This document shows, piece after piece, positions 1 to 5,446 of a stretch of DNA of 5,467 nt (within the stretch, counting starts at the first letter, position 1; every line of letters starts with the position of its first letter). The translations under genes and the position numbers were made by a program. The stretch comes from Thermoplasmata archaeon (GTDB lineage Archaea; Thermoplasmatota; Penumbrarchaeia; JAEHCK01; GCA-020356005). The notes beneath the pieces are model-generated. The model was not told where the DNA came from and made no database searches. It saw only the letters and a program-made list of their open reading frames with translations. The stretch lies in contig CP070629.1 of NCBI GenBank assembly GCA_020356005.1, positions 250,673 through 256,139 of the forward strand, in the 5' to 3' direction.

Positions 1-856
1 AAGGCGAGAGCGCATCGGTACCCTTGGGAATCATCCTGGTCTCCGATATCAACTGACTGGTTTTTTCTCCTGGTAAATGGCCGCCGTGGCCCGGCTTGGC
101 ACCCTGCCCTATTTTTATCTCCAGCGCCGCCACCTTCTTCAAATACGGCGGGTTGATGCCGAACCTACCGCTGGCTACCTCACTGTTGATAACCTTGCCG
201 TATTTGTAGAAATCCGGGTGCAGACCGCCTTCGCCGGTACCGACAAGTGTGCCTACCTCCATTGCTGCTTTGAATAATGCTATCTGGGCATTGTAGCTAA
301 TACTTCCAAGAGACATCTGGCCCACCATTATTGGTGTGTTCAATTCGATATTGGGTGGCAACTTTGTTTTGAAAACGATCTCATCTCCATTATCCTCAAA
401 ATCCAGCTTGGCAGGTTTCGCGCCCAAAAAGCACCTGGTCTCGATGGGTTCGCGCAGCGGATCGATGGCAGGGTTTGTTACCTGTGCCGCATCCAGGACC
501 AGATCATCAAAGATGCTCTGGTACGGCAGGTCGTTTCCGCAGGAGGTGAGCATAACACCGCCTGTTGAGGCCTGCTCCCACCCGATCCTTCGAATGCGCT
601 CATTGTAGGCAATGTGGACCGGGTATGCCATATCGTTATGCTTTATGGCGATAGCCTCCTGCGGGCATTTCATCGCACACCTCTGGCAGCCCACGCAGTT
701 ATCGTGATCAGAAATGATTCTTTCTCCATTGTATGATAAGGTATCAAAAGTACAGTTAACAGTGCAGCGCCGGCAGATCTTACACTTCTCCCTATCGATT
801 TCAACGATGAACCGTGGCGGGATATCCAATCTTATTCCTTCCATTTTCGCCGGCAT
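1..856 (-). CDS. gltB: Glutamate synthase (split, archaeal type) FMN/synthase domain protein with an N-terminal 2x[4Fe-4S] ferredoxin domain. It is partial because the 3' end runs off the left window edge.
   Basis: My own reverse-strand translation from ATG 856-854 is open down to position 2 (285 codons). It reads MPAKMEGIRLDIPPRFIVEIDREKCKICRRCTVNCTFDTLSYNGERIISDHDNCVGCQRCAMKCPQEAIAIKH...LNTPIMVGQMSLGSISYNAQIALFKAAMEVGTLVGTGEGG...EIKIGQGAKPGHGGHLPGEKTSQLISETRMIPKGTDALSP. Two CX2CX2CX3C(P) motifs are followed by the conserved GltB synthase-domain blocks (MSxGxxS, GEGG, QGAKPGxGGxLPG). A GGTGGAGG Shine-Dalgarno sits 8 nt upstream. An alternative start is ATG 844-842. The ORF is missing from the track only because no stop codon lies inside the window. 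Confidence 0.88.
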   Translation of the reverse strand, partial: MPAKMEGIRLDIPPRFIVEIDREKCKICRRCTVNCTFDTLSYNGERIISDHDNCVGCQRCAMKCPQEAIAIKHNDMAYPVHIAYNERIRRIGWEQASTGGVMLTSCGNDLPYQSIFDDLVLDAAQVTNPAIDPLREPIETRCFLGAKPAKLDFEDNGDEIVFKTKLPPNIELNTPIMVGQMSLGSISYNAQIALFKAAMEVGTLVGTGEGGLHPDFYKYGKVINSEVASGRFGINPPYLKKVAALEIKIGQGAKPGHGGHLPGEKTSQLISETRMIPKGTDALSP

Positions 857-859
857 ATT

Positions 860-2164
860 TCAGACCTCCACCTTCAACCGTTTGGATTCGAATTGATTTT
901 CGGTTCCTTTACTTATCAATCCGGTTTCAAGCTGGGCTATGACAGGATTACCAGTTACAGGCGCCCAGGTATTCTCAGTGCTTGTAACACGCTGGATTGC
1001 GCATTCCTCGCTGCTGGCGTACACCGTACCTCCGTCGTCGGAGGTTGCTGCGATCATCGGCCTCAGTTTCTTTCGATCTGTTAAGGCAATCATCGTGGGG
1101 TAAGGATTATTGGTACCCACGAGGATGCTGAAGGGGCCGTTCACCATAGCCCTTCCGTATGTCATCCGAAGCGCGGTGACGATCCTTTTTTGATCTTCGG
1201 AAAGCAATGCTATATCTTCAAAATAGGCCGGGGCCATAGCCATGGAAGCGATGCTGATCGGTAGTTTATGCCTCCTGCATAACAGATCCCACATGTAGGT
1301 TACAACCTCGGAATCCGTAAGAAGTGTACATTTGTAGCCCCACATCTCAACATAGCGTTTATTTGTACCGTAAGAAGTGATCTCTCCGTTATGACATAAC
1401 GACCAGTCCAGGATGTTGAAAGGATGAGCGCCGCCCCACCAACCGGGCGTGTTCGTGGGAAATCTCGAATGCGAGAGCCACATGTAGCCCTTGTACCGTT
1501 TCCTCAGATCATAGAAATCTGCTATTTCGTAGCTCCAGCCGTTACCTTTGAACACCGCCATGTTCTTACCTGAAGACATGCAGAATGCTCCGTCAATGGT
1601 AGAGTTCACTTGCATGACTACATCCACCATATAGTCATCAGCATTATCGATTGAGGGGTTGGCTTTCAGCTTTTTTTCCGGTACCTCCAGGAAAAATCGC
1701 CATATAAGTGGATAAGGCCCGCTCATTGTCTTTACCCCTCTCGTAAAAACCTTTTCATCTTTGATTATGTTGGTAATATCTTTAAAATACTCCTCAACCC
1801 GCGACTTTGCGGTTGTATCGTCAAGTAAAAGCTGTACACAGTACTTTCCTGCTAATTCTGGAAAGAGGCCGTAGCATGCATAACCTGCGCCCAGACCATT
1901 CTCACGATCTGTCATCGTGGTGATCATATCCACAACATCATTCCCATCAGTCCTCTTACCGTTGACATTGATCAGGCCGGCTATGCCGCAAGCTTCTATA
2001 TCCTTGCTGAAACCGTTGGGCGGGAGAGTTACACCGATCCTGCCCCGCTTGCCTTTTGATTCGCCTACCTCACCTATTCTTCCCAGAGGACTGTGCATCG
2101 AAAATCTCATTGAATTCAATGGCTCCCTGATATCATTATTCGTATTGTCATTGTCTTTGGTCAT
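860..2164 (-). CDS. gltB: Glutamate synthase glutamine amidotransferase domain protein (class II / Ntn-type GATase, GltB domain 1)
   Basis: This is a 434-aa ORF. It has a CGIAG nucleophile motif (Cys59). The blocks HSRFPTNTPGWWGGAHPF and LCHNGEITSYGTN match the conserved GltB amidotransferase blocks (HxRFSTNT...QPF and HNGEINTxxGN). The start ATG (2164-2162) overlaps the stop of the upstream gene as ATGA. The stop TGA (862-860) lies 3 nt before the next ATG. Confidence 0.9.
   Translation of the reverse strand: MTKDNDNTNNDIREPLNSMRFSMHSPLGRIGEVGESKGKRGRIGVTLPPNGFSKDIEACGIAGLINVNGKRTDGNDVVDMITTMTDRENGLGAGYACYGLFPELAGKYCVQLLLDDTTAKSRVEEYFKDITNIIKDEKVFTRGVKTMSGPYPLIWRFFLEVPEKKLKANPSIDNADDYMVDVVMQVNSTIDGAFCMSSGKNMAVFKGNGWSYEIADFYDLRKRYKGYMWLSHSRFPTNTPGWWGGAHPFNILDWSLCHNGEITSYGTNKRYVEMWGYKCTLLTDSEVVTYMWDLLCRRHKLPISIASMAMAPAYFEDIALLSEDQKRIVTALRMTYGRAMVNGPFSILVGTNNPYPTMIALTDRKKLRPMIAATSDDGGTVYASSEECAIQRVTSTENTWAPVTGNPVIAQLETGLISKGTENQFESKRLKVEV
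865..873 (-). promoter_or_regulatory. Shine-Dalgarno sequence for the ferredoxin-FMN gltB gene, embedded in the 3' end of the upstream CDS
   Basis: The minus strand reads AAGGTGGAGGTCTGAAATATG. The GGAGG core (869-865) lies 8 nt from ATG 856. Confidence 0.7.
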
Positions 2165-3522
2165 TTGTTACCCCTCACTACCTCTTCTACCAGTTTCCTG
2201 AATGCTTCGAGCTCAGGTCCCTTAATCTTATCAAGTCCCATTTTCTGGCGGAGTTCATTGTCGGGTTCAAAGGAATATGATGTATCCTGGAGACTTGCTC
2301 TCCTGTTCGCCACAACTTCGGGGAAAATTCCGTTTTGAACTGCAAGATTTTTCAGCCTAACCAGCAGCTTCACCATCCCGAAGTTCTGCGGGCAGTGCTG
2401 GATACATTCGTGGCAGTTCATGCAGTACCAGATGTCAGGTCGTTTGAGGGCTTCCTCTACCTTTCCACTCAGTACCAGGTCAAGAATCTCTTCGGGGTGA
2501 TACTCCGGAACCACCATTGCTGTTGAGCAGTCGTCTGTGCACGCTCGACACCCGGAGCAGATTTCAAGCTGTGAGGCCGTTACCTCACCCGAGTGCACTT
2601 CATGATCCTGCCCGGTGCTCAATATGTGTTCAACCACCGTTTCTTCAGTTCCTGAACTGAAATCGTAATGTATATTCATACCCATTTCTTCGGGTTCGAA
2701 ACCGAAGGCCACACCGATGAGCTGGGTAATGTAAAAAACAGGCAGCTCGATGCTGTCTGAATAGATATCGTTTACTTCCTTTATATTGCGGAAGAATTGA
2801 GCGAAGCAGTACGGGCAGTTGACAACCAGAGCTTCACCTCCGGAATCGAGAATTGACTTCAGCATTCTTCTTGCAGAGGGTGCGACATCATCCGAGCGGG
2901 CAATGGAAAGTCCACCGGAACAGCATGAGTGCTTCTCTGGATAAGAAATAACGTCGCCGCCAATCACCTTGACCAGGTCTTCCAGGTAATATGGCTTTTC
3001 CGGGTCGTCAAAGCCCATATGATCCATGGGTCTTTTTACATGGCAGCCAACAAAAGGTGCACATTTCAAATTTTTAAGTCGTTTATCAACTTTGGTATCA
3101 ATGGCATTTAAGCCAATATCATCATGGAGAACCTGCAGGATATGCTTTACATCGATGTCACCATGATATTCAAGCCCGAAATTTTTTAGTAATAGATTAA
3201 TCTCATTTTTAAATTTCTCATCGTTTTTGAGTCTTGAATTAATGGTTTTTAAGGTATCATAACATCCATTACACAAGGACAATATATCGTGGCCGTTTTG
3301 TTCCGCCAGACTAAGGTTTCGGGCTGCAAGAACCTCCCATAGCTCGTAACTTGAGCTCTGGATGGCCATCTGATTGGGACAGCAGCTGGCACCTTCAATG
3401 GCATGTAATTTTACTCCAAGCTTCTCAAGCACCATCCTGCTGGCTTTCTCTATGAACGGAAATTTGCTTGGAATCAAGCAGCCTGTAAACAATGAATATT
3501 CTTTTGAATCGCTTTTTATCAT
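2161..3522 (-). CDS. Heterodisulfide-reductase-like iron-sulfur protein: an HdrB-like half (two CCG domains) fused to a C-terminal HdrC-like 2x[4Fe-4S] ferredoxin half
   Basis: This is a 453-aa ORF. Counted motifs for CCG domain 1 are C15-X31-C47C48-X35-C84xxC87, and for CCG domain 2 are C160-X39-C200C201-X34-C236xxC239. The HdrB signature is CX31-39CCX35-36CXXC. The C-terminal half carries C322xxC325xxC328xxxC332 and C367xxC370xxC373xxxC377P, as in HdrC. The N-terminus YSLFTGCLIPSKFPFIE resembles HdrB N-termini. A GTGAT ribosome-binding-like motif lies upstream of the ATG. Confidence 0.85.
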   Translation of the reverse strand: MIKSDSKEYSLFTGCLIPSKFPFIEKASRMVLEKLGVKLHAIEGASCCPNQMAIQSSSYELWEVLAARNLSLAEQNGHDILSLCNGCYDTLKTINSRLKNDEKFKNEINLLLKNFGLEYHGDIDVKHILQVLHDDIGLNAIDTKVDKRLKNLKCAPFVGCHVKRPMDHMGFDDPEKPYYLEDLVKVIGGDVISYPEKHSCCSGGLSIARSDDVAPSARRMLKSILDSGGEALVVNCPYCFAQFFRNIKEVNDIYSDSIELPVFYITQLIGVAFGFEPEEMGMNIHYDFSSGTEETVVEHILSTGQDHEVHSGEVTASQLEICSGCRACTDDCSTAMVVPEYHPEEILDLVLSGKVEEALKRPDIWYCMNCHECIQHCPQNFGMVKLLVRLKNLAVQNGIFPEVVANRRASLQDTSYSFEPDNELRQKMGLDKIKGPELEAFRKLVEEVVRGNK

Positions 3523-3544
3523 ATTATCACACTGTATTCTGTTC

Positions 3545-3994
3545 TCAAATCTTTGGAATAAAGCTTTCTTTGACTATATTGAGCACTAATTTGGTTGATG
3601 TCCTGAGCACATATTTTTGACCTGCCAGTTCCTTGACGAACTTATTAAGTTCCTCGGTAGTCCGAAATTTTGTGACAAAAGTTGTATCATATTCACCGGT
3701 GACATCATAAACCGAGCAGACATTTTCATGCTTTGCGAATTTTGCCTGGACCTTTTCAAGGTGCCCTCCCTCGATCCTGATATCGATTAACGCACAGATA
3801 TCGTACCCGATTTCATGTGCATTTACTGCCGGAATTATTTTCGTGATTATATTCTCTTCTTTCATTCGCTTGATCCTGTTGTGGATAGTACCAACTGAAG
3901 TATCCACTTTTTTTGCGATACTTTCGTAGTTCATAGAGGCATCTTCTAAAAGGATTCGAAGAATACGTTTATCAATATCATCTAATACGTCCAT
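3545..3994 (-). CDS. Lrp/AsnC-family transcriptional regulator (N-terminal HTH plus C-terminal RAM/AsnC ligand-binding domain)
   Basis: This is a 149-aa ORF of typical Lrp size. The N-terminus DDIDKRILRILLEDASMNYESIAKKVDTSVGTIHNRIKRMKEENII is the canonical AsnC-type HTH. The C-terminal beta-alpha-beta-beta-alpha-beta-like segment (ALIDIRIEGGHLEKV...VCSVYDVTGEYDTTFVTKFRTTEELNKFV) matches the AsnC_trans_reg/RAM fold pattern. Only 22 nt separate its stop (3547-3545) from the next ATG (3522). Confidence 0.9.
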   Translation of the reverse strand: MDVLDDIDKRILRILLEDASMNYESIAKKVDTSVGTIHNRIKRMKEENIITKIIPAVNAHEIGYDICALIDIRIEGGHLEKVQAKFAKHENVCSVYDVTGEYDTTFVTKFRTTEELNKFVKELAGQKYVLRTSTKLVLNIVKESFIPKI

Positions 3995-4037
3995 TATATC
4001 ACGTTAATATTAATAAAAAGTGAGTATGTCGCCAATA

Positions 4038-4045
4038 CTATTTAA
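4038..4045 (-). promoter_or_regulatory. TATA-box candidate (TTAAATAG on the minus strand) for the lrp-hdrBC-gltB transcription unit
   Basis: This AT-rich octamer ends 43 nt before the lrp ATG. The identical octamer sits at an almost identical distance before the methyltransferase ATG. It implies a TSS near 4015 and a ~20-nt leader containing GTGAT. Confidence 0.35.
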
Positions 4046-4054
4046 TAATATTCA
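4044..4054. promoter_or_regulatory. 11-nt direct copy (AATAATATTCA) of the right part of the palindrome, abutting the TATA-like box; a candidate second regulator half-site
   Basis: AATAATATTCA occurs identically at 4044-4054 and 4075-4085, a 31-nt offset that is about three helical turns. It overlaps an everted repeat ATTCAT-CAAA-ATGAAT (4050-4065). Confidence 0.4.
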
Positions 4055-4071
4055 TCAAAATGAATTAAATG

Positions 4072-4086
4072 TTGAATAATATTCAA
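4072..4086. promoter_or_regulatory. Perfect 15-bp palindrome TTGAATA-A-TATTCAA, a candidate Lrp-family operator upstream of the lrp-led operon
   Basis: I verified the 7-nt arms base by base. The palindrome lies 78-92 nt upstream of the lrp ATG and ~27 nt upstream of the TATA-like octamer. Outer arms GTTGAA (4071-4076) and TTCAAC (4090-4095) form a second, overlapping inverted repeat. Confidence 0.5.
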
Positions 4087-4104
4087 TATTTCAACTATTT
4101 TATT

Positions 4105-4110
4105 AAAAAA
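4105..4110 (-). terminator. Second oligo-T (T6) termination signal downstream of the methyltransferase gene
   Basis: The A6 run on the + strand is T6 on the minus strand. It lies between the methyltransferase stop and the lrp promoter region. Confidence 0.35.
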
Positions 4111-4140
4111 TAATAAAGTGTTTAACTAAATCTCTGAATG

Positions 4141-4146
4141 AAAAAA
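4141..4146 (-). terminator. Oligo-T (T6) archaeal-type termination signal downstream of the methyltransferase gene
   Basis: The A6 run on the + strand is T6 on the coding strand. It starts 24 nt after the TAA stop (4172-4170). Confidence 0.45.
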
Positions 4147-4169
4147 CAATTTAATGGGATTTATTTGGA

Positions 4170-5036
4170 TTATTGAGGTTTTTTTGCTAGAATCATTATG
4201 TTGGACCTGTAATCCTTCAAGATTTTATTTAGAATAAATAATATTAGAGATGCACCTTTCTTTCCTTTGGCATAATCGCCGTATCTAAAATTGAATTTGT
4301 AAGAGTCCCAGCACATGCTCATCTCTATTTTTTCTATTCTGAAACCTGCCTTTTTCATTATATTAATGAGTTCTGTTTTATTGTATTCTCGAATATGAGT
4401 CCATGAATCGGTGATATGCCCTGAATTATTTTCTGAATCATATTTTAGGTCAAATGGTTCAAGAGGATTTCTTTTGAATATTATCATACCGATATTTGTG
4501 ATCCTGCAGAAGTTGGGAGTAGTTAATATTAAAAAACCTCCCGGTTTAATCAATTTTTTCAATTGAGTTAGAACCTTTACCGGTGAATCCCTAACATGTT
4601 CCAGGACTTCTCCGAACAAAATAATATCGAAAAATTCATTTTTAAAAGGTAATTTTGATTTGGTCAAATCGAGATCCTTGATCGGAATACCTTCATTAAG
4701 AGGTAAGACACAATTTTTTTCAATCCTGCTGGCAAGCTCCGTGCCGTACATCTGATATCCTATTCTTTTTAAAATCACATCATGCAATCCGTAAGATATC
4801 CCGATATCAAGGATATTTAATTTTTTATTGAGGGCCATATCAGGAACCAAAGAAAGCGTGTCGATATATCGGTCCATGTTTTTGTCAACATATTCCTGGA
4901 CATGCTTGATGCTCTCGGTTGAAAAATTTTTTAAATTGATCTCTTGTTCGGCCAGTGTTAAGGTTTGTTTTCGTAGATAATCAGCGAATTCTTTTTGGTT
5001 TTTAAATTGAGTAACAACATTTTTATGTTTTACCAT
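4170..5036 (-). CDS. Class I SAM-dependent methyltransferase (Methyltransf_11/23-like), substrate unknown
   Basis: This is a 288-aa ORF. Rossmann-fold methyltransferase motifs are present: motif I-like LNILDIGISYG (a slightly degenerate GxGxG), a post-I acidic residue in YGTELA, motif II FDIILFGEVLEHV, and motif III LIKPGGFLILTTPN. The gene is visibly more AT-rich than the gltB genes. Confidence 0.8.
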   Translation of the reverse strand: MVKHKNVVTQFKNQKEFADYLRKQTLTLAEQEINLKNFSTESIKHVQEYVDKNMDRYIDTLSLVPDMALNKKLNILDIGISYGLHDVILKRIGYQMYGTELASRIEKNCVLPLNEGIPIKDLDLTKSKLPFKNEFFDIILFGEVLEHVRDSPVKVLTQLKKLIKPGGFLILTTPNFCRITNIGMIIFKRNPLEPFDLKYDSENNSGHITDSWTHIREYNKTELINIMKKAGFRIEKIEMSMCWDSYKFNFRYGDYAKGKKGASLILFILNKILKDYRSNIMILAKKPQ

Positions 5037-5080
5037 CTAGACACTTTTGTAATAAATGGATAATAGCCTTTTAAATTTTT

Positions 5081-5088
5081 CTATTTAA
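5081..5088 (-). promoter_or_regulatory. TATA-box candidate (TTAAATAG on the minus strand) for the methyltransferase gene
   Basis: The same octamer occurs upstream of lrp. It ends 44 nt before ATG 5036. A T6 run (5091-5096, minus strand) lies immediately upstream and could terminate read-in transcription from the right. Confidence 0.35.
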
Positions 5089-5121
5089 GCAAAAAATATG
5101 ATTCGTTTTAGATATTATAAA

Positions 5122-5134
5122 TGAATGATATTCA
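5122..5134. promoter_or_regulatory. Palindromic box TGAAT-GAT-ATTCA, a 12/13 match to the core of the lrp-upstream palindrome
   Basis: TGAATGATATTCA (5122-5134) differs from TGAATAATATTCA (4073-4085) at a single position. It lies ~34 nt upstream of the methyltransferase TATA candidate, and also just downstream of a + strand TATA-like TTATAAAT (5115-5122). Confidence 0.4.
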
Positions 5135-5149
5135 GGTTGCATTTCATTA

Positions 5150-5446
5150 ATTCTCTCACTCCTCACCTCTCGCCTCTCCGAAGGGCACTGCCTCCTGCCA
5201 GTGCTAAAGATCGATAAATAAGCTCCGTACGCAGGACGGGGGCGACTAAAATTGATGACAAGAGCTGAGCTTTCTGCCGAGGTCAGGTTTAACTACCATC
5301 GAAGAAATCAATATAATTGAACAAAATCGAGATTAATGCTCCGACTGAGCCTGTAAGGCGAGGGAGGGGGCGAGGCACAGCCGAGCGTCGGAGGTATGGG
5401 CTATTGAGCGTAGCGAAATGCCCGCCATTTACGGGCTGCGCTTTTC
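5150..5446. other. GC-rich, apparently non-coding segment with multiple hairpins. It may be an unidentified structured RNA, a relic or a mobile-element fragment.
   Basis: There is an abrupt switch from AT-rich spacer to GC-rich sequence at ~5150. No ATG-initiated ORF reaches 60 aa in any frame. The left part (5152-5180) is a pyrimidine-rich tract and the right part (5357-5376) is a purine-rich tract. I verified at least four hairpins by hand (see findings). Confidence 0.35.
5407..5445 (+). terminator. Two-tier hairpin followed by TTTT, a terminator-like structure in + orientation
   Basis: AGCGTA (5407-5412) pairs with TGCGCT (5437-5442), including one G-U. GCCCG (5420-5424) pairs with CGGGC (5432-5436), with the loop CCATTTA. 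T4 follows at 5442-5445. No T-run follows the hairpin on the minus strand. Confidence 0.3.

Noticed and set aside
77-896. Three + strand ORFs from the track (77-277, 336-608, 714-896)
   Set aside because: They lie antisense to a fully open minus-strand frame that carries strong glutamate synthase FMN-domain and ferredoxin motifs. Their products are low-complexity with no recognisable motifs, so they are shadow ORFs.
893-2201. + strand ORFs 893-1084 and 1917-2201
   Set aside because: They are antisense to the well-supported amidotransferase gene. The second spans a gene junction. Neither has motifs or a ribosome-binding site.
3555-3568. NrpR-type nitrogen operator look-alike GGAA-N6-TTTC overlapping a TATA-like GCTTTATT inside the 3' end of lrp, 33-46 nt upstream of the Hdr-like ATG
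   Set aside because: It has one mismatch to the GGAA-N6-TTCC consensus, so only 7 of 8 specified positions match. A few such hits are expected by chance in 5.5 kb. It lies inside coding sequence, and no perfect copy exists elsewhere in the window. It would be worth revisiting only if TSS mapping shows an internal promoter here.
2335-3589. + strand ORFs 2335-2526, 2929-3111 and 3374-3589
   Set aside because: They are antisense to the Hdr-like and Lrp genes. Their products are hydrophobic or low-complexity with no recognisable domains, so they are shadow ORFs.
5125-5217. Small ORFs in non-coding regions: 30 aa at 5125-5217 (+), about 21 aa from ATG 5255 (+), and 17 aa at 4026-4079 (+)
   Set aside because: They have no ribosome-binding site, and their composition simply reflects the local nucleotide bias. 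The first would start upstream of the only plausible + strand TSS.
5221-5246. Group II intron domain V-like string (CCGTACG...ACGG)
   Set aside because: Only a 6-bp hairpin with a 7-nt loop can form. There is no 34-nt, 14-bp bulged helix with an AGC triad and GNRA loop, and no other intron domains or a reverse transcriptase ORF.
5280-5292. SRP RNA helix-8-like string AGGTCAGGT
   Set aside because: The following sequence lacks the GGAA tetraloop and the AGCA/GNAR loop motifs, and the 5'/3' ends do not form the SRP terminal helices.
5252-5348. Possible C/D-box sRNA: TTGATGA (5252-5258), CTGA (5265-5268) and CTGA (5345-5348)
   Set aside because: The C-to-D' spacer is only 6 nt and the C-to-D distance is ~97 nt, both outside the usual archaeal 50-70 nt architecture. 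The best C' candidate (ATCGAGA) matches only 4 of 7 positions. There is no terminal stem.
5357-5376. G-tract run GGCGAGGGAGGGGGCGAGG as a potential G-quadruplex, with the C-rich tract at 5161-5180 as a potential i-motif
   Set aside because: Only two-tetrad geometry is possible with these tract lengths. The same bases are better explained by duplex pairing with the pyrimidine tract. No independent support exists.
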